A DNA stretch of 64,000 nucleotides, from the NCBI GenBank assembly GCA_021613535.1, contig CP075492.1, positions 20,088,001 through 20,152,000 on the forward strand, written 5' to 3'. This document shows positions 1-12,423 of this stretch, piece by piece (within the stretch, counting starts at the first letter, position 1; each line of letters begins with the position of its first letter). The stretch comes from Adineta vaga. Lineage: Eukaryota > Animalia > Rotifera. The position numbers and the translations under genes are program-made. The notes beneath the pieces were generated by a model. The model did not search any database, was not told the DNA's origin, and saw only the letters and a program-made list of their open reading frames with translations.

Positions 1-3000
1 TTGAGCTAATGATGCATTTATTTGTGCATTAAATTGATTAATATGAATTAACGAAGCAGCAACAAACGATGAAGTCAAATAATTTTGTCGAGCTATATTA
101 ACAGCATCTTTAGCAAGATTACAGAGAGAACGAAGAGCTTGATAATGAGAAAATATTGTTCCTTCAAGTGTAAATGCATTTGTTACTGCATATCGTACAT
201 CTAATGAATCATAAACTCGAAAGAGTTGTTGTAAATATGTTTGAGAAATAAAATCACTTGTACAAATTGAATGAAAGTCGCATTCATATTCAATAAATGA
301 TGAATATGAAGTAGAAACTTGTGAACATGGACAATTAATCGTATCCACACTATATTGTTGTTGCAATTGTTGATATCGTTCGAACGATGGTTTTGTCACA
401 GTCAATATTGTTGTATCATAAATCAATAAATTGTAGAGTATAAAGATAAATAATGTAATAGAAACAATAATGAGATAAACATATGTTGCTCTTTGTTGTT
501 GTTTGATAGATTTAATTGTATTTTGACGTGGATGATCGAATACATTTATACTTCGTAATCGACGAAAAAGTCGTATATGAAAAGAAATTAAAATAATTTC
601 TTCTTGTTGTTGTGTTCGTCGATGAATCATAAGAAAAAAAGTACTAATAATAAAAGGAATAATGATACGTAGAGATACAGATAATCCACCGATAAGACCA
701 GTTATAATTGTAATAGTTTCAAATATACTATTACGTCTTAGAATTGTATACGAACATGATGCTGGTTGACATTGATCAAAATAAGATGAATAATTCAATA
801 CTTGACTCCAATTTTCAATAAAAAGTTCAGAAAGTAAAGTAGATACCGAATCATTCATTGCAAATCGACTAGGTAGAGATGAATTCAGACGTTCCATTGG
901 TTGAAATAGTGTTGAATTATAAAAATCAATAATTGTAGTAAGACAATCTTGATTATCGTACAAACATTGAAGTGTTGATTGAAGTAATGATTCCAATGGA
1001 AAACAAGCTTGATAAATGTTAGGTACTGTTGATTTAGGTGCCCAGAAATATTTAAAAGTATATAAACCAACATTTGTTTTACAAGTAATATCATTTGCAC
1101 ATGCACATATATGCGAGGAATTCCCATCTTTATTAGTAATCTTTGTTATGCTAAATGTAATAGCATTTGCAGGTGAACCATATAAATTAAAATCTGCATT
1201 GTTTACAGAAGCAAAAATTTGATTGACAAAGGTCATATTACGAACAAGTTGAAAAAAGCTTAAACATCTATCCACTAATCCTGATTGAAAGCGAGTGATT
1301 ATCGAATACATTTGATAGTTAAAGATATCAATTGAAAGAAGATCAGCTGTAACCAATTGTGTTTGTTTAAATTTATCGAGTGAACTTGAAATTGTCGTGT
1401 TCATCAATGTACATAAAGTTTGTAAGTAAATAAATAATTGAAATGTAAGACGAAAATCAGGTCGACCACGTGCACTGCTTAAATCAATTTGGAGTAGTGT
1501 ACGTAAACTACTGACGAATGAAAATGTTATAAATGTACTTGAACATACTTGATGATAAGATGGTTGAAGGGCAATGAATTGTTTATAAGCTATATTAATC
1601 TGTGTACATGGACATTGAAGAGAAGAACCATATTCGCTTTGTGATTTCAAGTAAAGTACAGTATCTATAGAGGGTTGTTTTACTTCAATTGATTTTGTTT
1701 GTATACTCAGCATTGTATAAAAGAAAAGAATAATAAATCCAGTAATAAGACATAATATATAGATTCGTGTTGCCCAACGTTGTTTTTGGATTTCTCTCGG
1801 TTCTTGTTGATTCGAAGATTCGAAAATATTCATTTTAACAATTAAATACCAAATGCGTTTAGCTAAGATTTCCATTCGTTGTAGCAATGACACATTGAAT
1901 TCCATTGATTCTATATAGAATAGATAATTTAGAATTTATTATCGATAAGAAAAGTCTTGTATGAACTTACCAGTTTCAACTGTTGTTTCATTTCGACGTT
2001 TGAAACATTTTCTGAAGAAAGTGACTAAACGTGGAATGAGAAATTGAAGAACAATCGAAAGACCTCCATAAAGAGCAATAAGTGAAGTAAATAGATAGAG
2101 AGGAGTGACACTTTGTATAATCGTATAATAGCATAATTGTGGTTGACATTGTGTAAAATATAGAGAGTAATTTATTATAATCGAAAGATTTTCAATGAAT
2201 AAATTCTGAATAAGAATATTGAAAGTATTGTTCTTATTAGTTGTTTGTCCCGATGTATTCACTTGTAAAATAGCTGGTAATGTTGGATTGGATGTCCAAT
2301 TGAAATATTTAGCAACCAAATTTAAAGCAGTTTGATTGTATAGAAAACTTTTTTCCACTGAGGAAAGAATAAGTGATCCTAAAGCCCAACAACCAACAAA
2401 CCAATTTTTCATGACAAATGATGTTTTTGTCACGGCATCATCATAACAAACTTGTGATTTAGTATCAAATATAGTACCATTATAAAAAGCGGCTGGTACA
2501 GAACAAGTATCAGCAAGATCACAAGTGCAACTGGATCCACAATCTGGATACTTTTGATAATCAGTTACAGCTATACCATATATTGTTACATTGAGGACTT
2601 TTCTATTGATAATTGCGCCTGCTGTTTCAATTCCAGATACTAATATGCCACCGACCATAGAACTTCGAATAAATTGAAATAATTGTTGAAAATCTGTATA
2701 CGTACTAGTTTCAAATGTTTTTATGACACTATTCGTATCAATAATTAAGAAATTTTCCTTTATTAAATGATTTGAAATAAGTTTATTTCCATAAAATGAT
2801 TGAATATTGTTATTTAAAATTATTTTTGAACGATTACATAATTCTCGTAAGACTTGAAATTGTAAAGTTGCTGAAGCACGAAGATCTCCTGGATATTGAA
2901 AATGTGTCATGTTATCGACCAGTAGATCTATCCATGTTTGTGAAATAAATTCACTCAAACAGATTATATGATAGGTAGGATTTAATTCTACGAATGATCC

Positions 3001-3306
3001 ATAATCAATGGAGATTTGAGAACATAAACAATTGATATCACTATGCGTATTTTGTAGTAGTAAGTAATCTTGTAGGGAAGGATTTTTCACATTGATCAAT
3101 TGTGTTTTATCTTGTAATCCATTATAAACTAATAAAATTGATATGAACACAAGAAGAGAACAGATATAGATACGTGTAGACCATCGTTGATCGTTAATTT
3201 CATCTCTATTTCTAGTGTTTGTTTCGAACAAATTCCATTCTATAATCAATCTCCTCAAGTAACGAAAGCATCCAAAATTTTCCCTTTCTTCTACTGCCGC
3301 ACACAT
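1..3306 (-). CDS. Large repeat membrane protein (units of TM helix + CxCSxISIxY + Cys-rich ectodomain + TM); 3' end runs off the window
   Basis: ORF 1939-3306, then a GT-AG intron ~1970-1911 splices in frame (ETE-SMEF) to an exon continuing toward position 1. Unit repeats: QRWSTRIYI, QRWATRIYI, QRATYVYL, each followed by CxCSQ/CPCTQ. Confidence 0.75.
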
Positions 3307-4849
3307 ATTTCTATCTGAAATAGAAAAATCTTAGTACTCTACAATTATAATTGAATTCAAGAAGTCTCAACTATTTTTCTATATATTCTCATACATAGAA
3401 AAGTCGATGTAGTACATTGATTCAAGTAAGTGAATGTATAATAAAATGCTATTCGATGGTTGGTAAACGAGATGTACGTCGAACCTACAGAAATATAAAA
3501 TACGAATGAAATCATTGAGAGAATTTATAACAATGAAAAGAAAAAACAATTCGAGGTAATTGAATATTATTCAAATTGATGGATTGCAGATGTTCTTATC
3601 GTGATATTCAAAAGAAAAGATTCTAAAAGTCAGAACTTTTAATATACAGAAAGAATCTTATATTTTGTACTCAAAGAATGAAACTTTTTCTTTTCTCGAA
3701 ATGTAAGAATACATTTTAAATTGGATTTTGTTTTGAGAACAATTATATTACTTTATTCTTGTAAGACAATTAATGGTGAAAGCAAAAAATTTCTTTTTTC
3801 TTCAGAAATAACTTTTACTTAGTAGATTATTTTATAAATATAAACTTCAACATATGTTTTCCTTGCATAATGATTGTTTTAATTTTAAAATAATGGGAAA
3901 AGAAAGCACGCTTGACAGATATTAATTTTCAGTATAAGTCTGACTTTAGTAATCAATAACTAAAAATCAGCATGGCTCGCACCATATGGATACCAGGTTA
4001 TACATGACTTTTTTTCTAGAGAATTAATAGCATGATTTAGAGTCCAATACTTAATGAATTTTATATCTTGGATAGAGCATATGAACAACTAAATCTAAAT
4101 GTTTAGTCACCATTTCAATAAATATAAGACTACCGTTTGAAATTACAAATATTTAAATGTCAAAAAAGATAGAATTGTGCATAACTTTTTGTTTATTAGT
4201 AGAACAATTTTGAGAAGTACTTCGTATGATTGTGGTTAACTTCGTGCACAGTTCTGTTTCATTCTCAAGCAGAATACGTCTTCCATCTGTGGATGATGTG
4301 ACATTACTTATTTGTTATGTCTCTGAAAAACTATTTCTTTCATCCGACAAAGGTATTTCTTGCAAACGATTCTCAAAAGAATATCATTTTCATTTCGAAA
4401 TTGCACTTTGATATTAGTTTTTTTTGTCTTAAATAAAGAACTTCACTATACGAAAAAGAAAACACTTTGATATGATTACAAAATGTATTTTTGAACATAT
4501 TGTCGTCAACTTGTTCTTAGTATTTTTCGTCATGTCATATTTGTTTGATTATTTCTTGTTACTATCAATCTACGTATTAGAACGTAGATGATGATATAAA
4601 AAGTTGATCAATACTTTAAGAAATGTTTCACGAAATAGACGTGATGTTAATAATGAAACATAAAATGGTTTGACATTATTTAAACAGTAACAATAATTTG
4701 AAAGAACTAATATAAAATATATAATATACCATTTTTCATATTGAATATCATCATATTAAGATAAAAAACAAACAATGAAAATGTAATCAACCACAATAAT
4801 GAAATGATAGTTGTTATGATAATTTGTAACTTAAATATAATTCATGTGC

Positions 4850-5149
4850 CTATTTTTGTCTTTCAGTATGTAATTTCATATTGATTAGTGCAAAACTTGC
4901 CTTTCGAGGACTTCCATGATTAACTATACAACGTTTACTAAAGTTCAGAATGTCTTTACATTTAACTTGAACTTGAAATTTTTCACAAATACTATCGAGA
5001 ATTTCTTGAAAATTCGGATATAAATCTGTTCGAAGAATAGTTATAGTTGCTGATCCATCAACAATCCAATCTGTTGATGATGATGAGAATATTTGAAGTG
5101 CAGCTTCACGACTGTTGAGAGTAACACGATAGAAATGTTTTTGATTGAA
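4850..5149 (-). pseudogene. Orphan exon-like fragment (~98 open codons, no upstream start) beginning at a telomere-like hairpin
   Basis: Manual translation FNQKHFYRVTLNSREAALQIF...ICEKFQVQVKC is open in very AT-rich DNA. Family not recognised. Confidence 0.4.
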
Positions 5150-5210
5150 GGTGGGTGTGAGTGTTAGATAGATGTAATATTCACACCCACACCCTCACCC
5201 ACACCCTAGA
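5145..5210. repeat. Telomere-like inverted-repeat hairpin
   Basis: ttgaaggtgggtgtgagtg...tcacacccacaccctcacccacaccctaga. Confidence 0.85.
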
Positions 5211-6205
5211 TTGTGTGCGATGCTTACGTATCATGTGTAATTGATAGTATAATTTTCTAGTAAAAATCACGACTTCAGAAATGCTCTGGGTAGATTAAGG
5301 TTGGTACTTTAACTTTGGTTTTAAAGTTAACTTAGCTATATGTTTTGATACTTTTGCTTGCTCTAGTTTACACAGCGATACTATAAAAATTTACTGCAAC
5401 CGATTTAACATCTAAAACGTTGGAAAATCAATGAATTTCAAGTACGGAGAAAAGGCAGAATTTTTGAATTCCAAATCTAATGAAAATTCTGAGAGCACGA
5501 AATCCACCGTTTTCCTGTAGCTAATTTAGCTATTCCTTATAACAATATCGCCTCATTATATCAGAAAATGGGTGAAGACAAAAAAAGTACTTTCATCTCA
5601 CAAAAAAAACTCTTCAAGAAATAAAGAAGCGCGTATGTGTATAACACAAAATGGAGTCGCCACTCAACAGACTCACTAGTTAGCAGAAGCTGGGGAACAT
5701 GATTTTGCGGCAAAACAGTTTTGGAAATAAATACCTGATTTGTGACAAAATAAAAAATTACATAAATTATATTAGCTAAATTATATACAACAGTATTGAT
5801 CATATAGCGGTTTTAGCGATCTAAGAGGTATTGTTGTCTAAAAGATATAGCGGTCTAAGAGGTATATACCGCTAAGACTGCTATACCGTTTAGCCAACAA
5901 TATCACTTAAACCGCCGTCTCTATAATGTCTAGACGTCAACACATGGTCCATTGCTGAAATTGCTTGATATAATAGATAATTCAGTATTTAGTTTGAATT
6001 CAATGTTCATCTTAAGATTTGTTTTTATCGATTTTGCGGAGAAACTATCGGCGTCTATTTGAATTTGCCGCAAAATCAAATTCCCCATTAACTCCTAGTT
6101 AGATACAATAAATATAGAATCAATATTTTAGAATGAATAATCTGAGTTTATTCATCAAGGAAAATAATAGAATGCAAAATATTTATTCATAGAACAAAAA
6201 CCATT

Positions 6206-6286
6206 TTGAGGATAGGTGTGGGTGTGGGTAGGGATCAAAGATGGATGTAGTACCTACACCCGCATCCACACCCACACCACACCCTA
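6206..6286. repeat. Telomere-like inverted-repeat hairpin
   Basis: ttgaggataggtgtgggtgtgggta...tacacccgcatccacacccacaccacaccct. Confidence 0.85.
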
Positions 6287-6456
6287 ACCAATCATTTTCA
6301 GTTGGTATTGGCATTGGTAGAAAACTTTCATCGATAGCGATCGTTAGAGCACGTTGAATGTCTTCATCTAACTGCATAAAAAAATGAACATATTTTTCAT
6401 ACTTATAATTGAATCATATACTAACTTCATCGGTTTTACCAAGAGCTTGAATTCTT
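6285..6456 (-). pseudogene. Archaemetzincin-like N-terminal fragment with one intron
   Basis: RIQALGKTDE / intron 6425-6372 / LDEDIQRALTIAIDESFLPMPIPTENDWL resembles the FxPxPxPxxxDWL motif of archaemetzincins. Truncated at hairpins on both sides. Confidence 0.5.
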
Positions 6457-6504
6457 CAGGGTGGGTGTGGGTGAAGAAGATATACTCACACTCACACCCT
6501 CAAG
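6455..6504. repeat. Telomere-like inverted-repeat hairpin
   Basis: ttcagggtgggtgtgggtga...tcacactcacaccctcaag. Confidence 0.85.
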
Positions 6505-6660
6505 TTTTGTTCTGAGTGTTCAATAGAAAAAAACTATTTGTTTTTATTTAAACACAGATATAGGAGAATAGGGTAAAATTAAAGATATATTTTAGAAAGT
6601 AAAGTCATCAATTAGTTTTTTCGTGATAAACTAATACCAAAGAGTAGACGGATTTCCATT

Positions 6661-7745
6661 TTATTGTTTTCGAAGGAATAATTTCATAAATTCAGAACGA
6701 AATAATTTACTTGATAGAGTAAAAAGATAAAAGCTTAAACAAGGAACTGTAAGAGAAATAAATCCAGAACAATAAGTAAATGCACTATCTTTAGCTGATT
6801 GAAGATCATCAATAATTAGACTTGATCGAATTGATGAATAAATATATTGAATAGCGGGAAGACTTGCTGTTAAAATGAATATAATATATTGAACAAACAT
6901 CATTTGCATCAATTGACGATCTGTTCTTTTAGGACGTTGTTGTTGATTTTGGTTTAAAATTGGATTAGGATTTACTCCAGAACGTCGGATCGATTGTCGA
7001 ATATGCTGGATTGTACCAAGACCAAAATAAAGCATAACAATTGGTGGACCTATACTATATGCAATTAAAGTCCATATACCAATAAATGCTTGATAAATGC
7101 CTCGTATTGTAGAACACATTTGTTTAGGAAAAGTAATTTCATAATAGAGAAGTATATGAAAAAAAGTGAGACCAACTATTAAAAATGCAAGAGGAATACT
7201 ATAAGATGCAAAACGAACAGCACTCAAAGCACGTAATTTAACACAAGATGAGCTACATAGAAATCTAAAATATTAATTATTAAATTTTTATTTTTTCATA
7301 TTTACCGACAAAAAAAGATATCATTACTTACCTATCAATACAGGCCAAAGCAATAAACCATGCATATTGTGCTCTAGAAAAATGTATAAAAGAAATAATT
7401 GATGTTTTACAAGCAAAATCTATCTAAATACCTAACCCACATGACTATAAATGTAAGAATTTTGCATGCTGCTACTGAACTACTAAAATAATCTATACCA
7501 TATCCAAATGATAATAATCTCAAAGGTGTACTAATGATAACAACACAAAGACCACTAATTGTTGCTGCTAAAAAGTACCATGAACATGAATTCGAACGAA
7601 GTGATGGACGTGTAAATACATAAATGTTTGATATATGGCCAAAAGTACCGAAAATGATCATTAAATAAGACCAAACTCGTATAAATACAATAGTATTTTG
7701 TCTAATAATCATAGCTTCTGTAATACTTGTATATGATGATGACAT
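6661..7745 (-). CDS. Rhodopsin-like (class A) GPCR, 3 exons (7745-7432, 7373-7332, 7264-6661)
   Basis: In-frame GT-AG splicing gives TM1 GHISN, TM3 ALACIDRFLCSS (DRY-like) and TM7 SFYLFTLSSKLFR. Multiple hydrophobic helices. Confidence 0.88.
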
Positions 7746-8284
7746 CCTGCTAATAAGTGATAAATTATTTTGTGGAATATCTTTGGAAAAAGAAAGATGA
7801 TTTTATTATAATAAATTTGCCGAATGAAACAACTTATGATATAATTACATAGAAAGAAAAAAGTATACGGAAAAAATAATTCAATATGGGATGTTTTAAC
7901 TCTAAGTTTAATCATTTTCAAATGAAACAAACTCTCAGTTTTATTCAAATATATTTTATATTAAGAGACGTAAAGGATAATCAACCTGACATATTCATAA
8001 GTGTCCTCGTCAAAAATGACGTTCATAATTGTTCATTTTTGAAAAAAAAGTGATTTATTTTATCAAGAAAATTAATAAAGAAAACAAAGATCAAACGATG
8101 AAAATATACAAAAATTGTTTTTTTTAAAATTATAAATCAAGTCAAACGACATATGCATCTGATGTTGATATATGTTTCTTCTAATTGTCAGATCCATCAG
8201 TTTCATAAGATATTTATGAAAAAGTCGAGAGAGTAAATTAATCTATGTTACATTTATTGATGTTTTCTCTCTACCGTTGTCTAC

Positions 8285-8347
8285 TTGAAGGTATGTGTGT
8301 GGGTGTGAGTGATGAAAGATAGAAGACACCCACACCCATACCCTCAG
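8285..8347. repeat. Telomere-like inverted-repeat hairpin
   Basis: ttgaaggtatgtgtgtgggtgtgag...acacccacacccataccctcag. Confidence 0.85.
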
Positions 8348-8501
8348 CTCTTATAAAATGATTAATCTATTCAATTTGTAATTACAAGAACTCTCTAAAC
8401 AATATCAGAAATGTATAAAAATTAAAAAAATGTTTCAACAGATTGCGACATCTAATTTCATCATCAATACGTATTCAAATGTTTCTTTTTTTCTTCCGAC
8501 A

Positions 8502-9450
8502 ATGATTCAGAATATGTTTATATCAATTGAATCATTACCTATCAATGTTTTTCATCGAATTCTTGATTTTCTTGATATAAAAACAATAATATTTTCTATT
8601 CAATTATTATCAAAATTATTCTATTTTTCATTTCATTCATATAATCGACTTATAGTAAATATGAAATTAATTTCAAAATCAGATATTTATACATTTTGTC
8701 GTGTATTAAAATCTGAAAATGTTCAATCATTAATACTATTAAATGATATAAAACCACCTTCTAGAATTGAATTATTTCTTTTAAATACTCATATATTCAA
8801 TATTTTATAACGAATTAATTCTTATTTCCTTTCTTCATTTATATTTAGAATAAGAAATTATAATGATAAATATAGAAAAACAACTATTCAACTTCTTCAT
8901 TCATTATCTAGAATTCGATGAAATAAATATTAATCAATTATCAATTGATATATGTCCAGTGAATTGTTCTATTTAATATTTAATTCTAAAGAAATACATA
9001 TATCTATAAATAATACTTGAACATAGTCCTTCTTTAGATTCAATAATTCTTAATAGATTTAATCATAATACAAATTTTATATTATCATCTTCTATTATAT
9101 TTTCTCAATTATTATCTTTAACTATAGAAAATATTTATTTAATGGAAAACGATGGGAAAATTTTATTGAACAAAAATTATGTCAATTAAAGAAATTTGAC
9201 ATATTTACAAATCAATTATTACTTTATATGAAATATTATTTTGGACAGAAGTAAAACAATGGTATGTTAAATGTGAATTTGATATTCAATACAATTATGT
9301 AAATCATCTGATAGAAAAAAAATCTTATCTGTTCTATGAAAAAAGAAGAGTATTTTCTGTGAAGAAGTAAGTTAATTTAATTTGAAAGAAAAAGAATTCG
9401 CTTTTGTTTTTTTTAGAAAGTAACAATAAATAAAATGATGAAAAAATAAT
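8502..9450 (+). pseudogene. Degraded F-box/LRR-type gene
   Basis: IESLPINVFHRILDFLD F-box-like start; downstream fragments (NGKRWENFIEQKLCQLKKF) are broken by stops. Confidence 0.55.
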
Positions 9451-9743
9451 TTGTATTAACATTAGAGATACTTTTGAAATATTTATCAGAATTCATTTAT
9501 TTATTCAAGATATATTTCAATATCATTCAATATGTTTTACCTTTCTTCAATGTGTAGAAGTAATTATCTGTTTCGTAATCAACATCACTTTTGGATGAAA
9601 TTCGAAGTTTCTACAATTATGAATCATTTATATTGTTTTGATATTTAATTTATGAACGAAATCAATTAGCACAATGTTTCCTTTTTTTCGAAAAGAAAGT
9701 GGACAATAAAAAGCTAACCTTATTCTAGAAACAGTGACATATT

Positions 9744-9797
9744 GTGGAGTGAGAATGAGTGTGGGTGTATAATCATTTTCTCTTACATACCCACATC
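9744..9797. repeat. Telomere-like hairpin (degenerate)
   Basis: gagtgtgggtgta...tacatacccaca. Confidence 0.7.
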
Positions 9798-9823
9798 GTC
9801 TCTATGAAATAAAAGAGAAATTG

Positions 9824-10856
9824 TTAAACATTATTTTCATCCTTCTTTCGTCCAACTGCAAGAAGAACGTTTGTAACACCAACATTTTCTAATTCTTTGA
9901 TATCCGTTTCTTGTTTAACAAGGAGAATACCTGCATAATCAGTAGCACCTACTGATTTGTGAGAACCATTCGGTAGTACAAACATTTCTTTTGATCTTGG
10001 TATTAAATGCATATATTTCTTGGTAATAAGAACATTATAAGAAGCTTTTGCTCGATCAAATTCTTTTCCTTCTTTCAAACTAAACATTTTATCTAAAAGT
10101 TGAATAAATCTATTGATAAGATAATTTCCAAGTTGATCTGATTGTTCAGGTGGATGAAGAGAAATAACAAAATGAGCCCATGGTACTTGAATTAGTTGAT
10201 TAGCTCGATCATAATTATTTTCTTCTTGAAGATAAACATCGATTGGAGGTTCATTTTCTGTGACAGGAAAAAATTGTATATGTTTATGTTTTTGGCTAGC
10301 ACCGGAATTTTCACCACAATTATGAAAAGCAAAGATTTTCGTTGTTCTGTAGTTTTGAAGAATTTCATATATTAATGATAAATCATCAGCTGATAAAAGA
10401 TTAGATTGTTTTGTAAAATCTATTGAAAAGAATAGAGAAGAGAACATATGGATGTTTTTTTAACATACCATGTGGAAGAAGAAGAAAATGATTTTTTGTT
10501 GCAGGAAATTTATTGAGTAAAATAACGTATGTTGTTTGATTTAATCCATAATTTGGTATATCACATACCTCAAGATTATGTCCGTATGGAGGAGAAAGTG
10601 AATCTTTGTCAATTTTTGCAACATCATCTTTTTCAGGCTTTTTTCTTATACTTGGAACATATCTGATCTGATACTAAACGATAGACATAGGTGAGCTAAA
10701 AGGCTTTTTTTTACGAAAGAAAGTATTTACTGAACATCCATCGATCAATTGCTCGACAGTTTTAAATCCTTCAAAAGTTATATCACCGTTTATCAGTGCA
10801 TTTTTAAATGTATTTGTAACGAGATTTTCAATATTTTTCAATGAATCCGATGTCAT
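9824..10856 (-). CDS. Ap4A phosphorylase / ATP adenylyltransferase (Apa1/Apa2 family), exons 10856-10731, 10673-10469, 10419-9824
   Basis: LLNKFP..NHFLL, QSNLL, FHNCGENSGASQKHKHIQF (HxHxQ catalytic motif) and SYNVLITKKYMHLIPR. Two in-frame GT-AG introns. Confidence 0.88.
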
Positions 10857-11142
10857 ATGGTTGAAGCAGTGATGATTAAAAGTATTATTCTTGTTTTTTT
10901 TTCTTTTTTTTTTTGGTATTCATTCGATTATACAGACACTCAATCATTAAAGAGGAAAGGAGATGTCGCAACATGAGAGTATATACACAGATATCGATTC
11001 TTTTATTAGAAATACAGTATTGTTTATTCTTCGAAACGTTTTTTTATATAAACAAAACAAATGAGAAGAAGAACAGCAAAAATACCATAATAGATAATAA
11101 GTGTCCGAAAAGCAGATTATAAAGCACAGGATGACAATATGT

Positions 11143-11190
11143 TTGAGGGTGTGGGTGTGAAAGAAGAGGAGATACTCACACCCACACCCT
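11143..11190. repeat. Telomere-like hairpin, perfect 15-bp stem
   Basis: agggtgtgggtgtga (11146-11160) pairs with tcacacccacaccct (11176-11190); 15-nt loop. Confidence 0.92.
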
Positions 11191-11192
11191 TT

Positions 11193-11595
11193 CTACTGCT
11201 GTGTTATTTCTTTAGAAAGCAAATCAATATTTTTCACGGTTCTAATTAACAAGATGTATGTGGAAGGAAGCGTCTTTTGGTAGATATCACGTGCTTTTTC
11301 GTAAAATGAAAGTGCTATCGAGTAGTCCTCCATACTTTTATAAACTGAGCCAATGCTATTATAGCAAACAGCAAAGTCATTAGAGTTTTCAGACAGATAT
11401 TCTTTGAAAATATTCAATGCTTTTTCGTGCTCCGAAAGTGCTTTCGAATACTCGCCTATATGCTCATAGATCGAACCGATGTTACTCCAGAAAGTAACCA
11501 GCTTGAGATGATTCGTAGGAAGAGTTCTTTCTAAGATATCAACTGCTTTTTTGTGAAATGAAAGCGCTTCGGAATACTGAGTCACGTTCTTACAA
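11193..11595 (-). pseudogene. C-terminal TPR-repeat fragment (kinesin-light-chain/nephrocystin-type 42-aa TPRs)
   Basis: YSEALSFHKKAVDI, NIGSIYEHIGEYSKAL and SIGSVYKSMEDYSIAL repeats. No real ATG; the ORF start lies inside the 11618-11635 repeat. Confidence 0.7.
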
Positions 11596-11617
11596 GATGT
11601 GGATATATCCCCTTTGT

Positions 11618-11635
11618 CCCCACCCACCCACACCC
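11618..11635. repeat. Telomere-like C-rich half site
   Basis: ccccacccacccacaccc. Confidence 0.65.
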
Positions 11636-12116
11636 AAAATCGAGAAGAAATAATTCTGTTTTTTTATCTATAAAAATAAGGAACGTTGATTGCTGCATCG
11701 TAACAGTAATGCACTTGTCCTATCTTTCATATTTATTACTTTTTATGCTTCTCTCATGAAAATGAAATTAAAACATAAAGATATTTTATTTATAGCCATA
11801 GAACAGAAAAGAATTATTACTGCTGTGTTCTTGATATTGTAGATCAATTTATGACTCTCGTATCAATAGACAAGTCAAACCTTTATAGTTTTTCTTTTGT
11901 GTTATAGATGTGAATTATATAGAGAATTTTTTTAACTTCTTAAACCGTATTAAATGCGAATTTATTGTACTAAAATTTATATTTCATCCCAAAGATAAAA
12001 GACTATCAAAAGAATTAAAGCAAATGTTATTAGAAGAGTTGAAGCCATCTCCTTTATTCCGGCAGCAATTCGTCGTTCATTAGTATCAGTTAAACCATTA
12101 TCAGCGAAAATACTTT

Positions 12117-12175
12117 TGGGGTGAGGATTAGGGTTAGGTTGTGGTTAAATGACTAACCCATACCTTCACCCTAGA
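12117..12175. repeat. Telomere-like hairpin (degenerate)
   Basis: ggggtgaggattagggttagg...ctaacccataccttcaccctaga. Confidence 0.75.
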
Positions 12176-12423
12176 TCTTTTGCTTTTCTTTTTCTTGGCT
12201 GCTATTACTCTGCAGCGATACTCACTAAAATGTACGTCAACAAAACGAGCAAGACAACAGATAAGAGTAAATGTGTAAAAGATTTCGTTACTTTAAAAAA
12301 CTAAAAGATAACTGTTATTTCTTTGTTGAAGACGTATAATGGAGAAGTAGAAGCAAATAAAGAACAGAACGAAATCATCTACATATTCGAAAGAACACAG
12401 CGCAGATTGTTTTGCGTCAAAAA

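Noticed and set aside
885-1222. Short listed ORFs here and similar ones (e.g. 12417, 14445, 16978, 18794, 21859, 32321, 42563, 63611)
   Set aside because: Antisense or out-of-frame shadows of real genes, or low-complexity repeat translations.
5801-5925. Small imperfect palindrome of tagcggt/accgct motifs
   Set aside because: Probably a MITE remnant; ends and TSD could not be defined.
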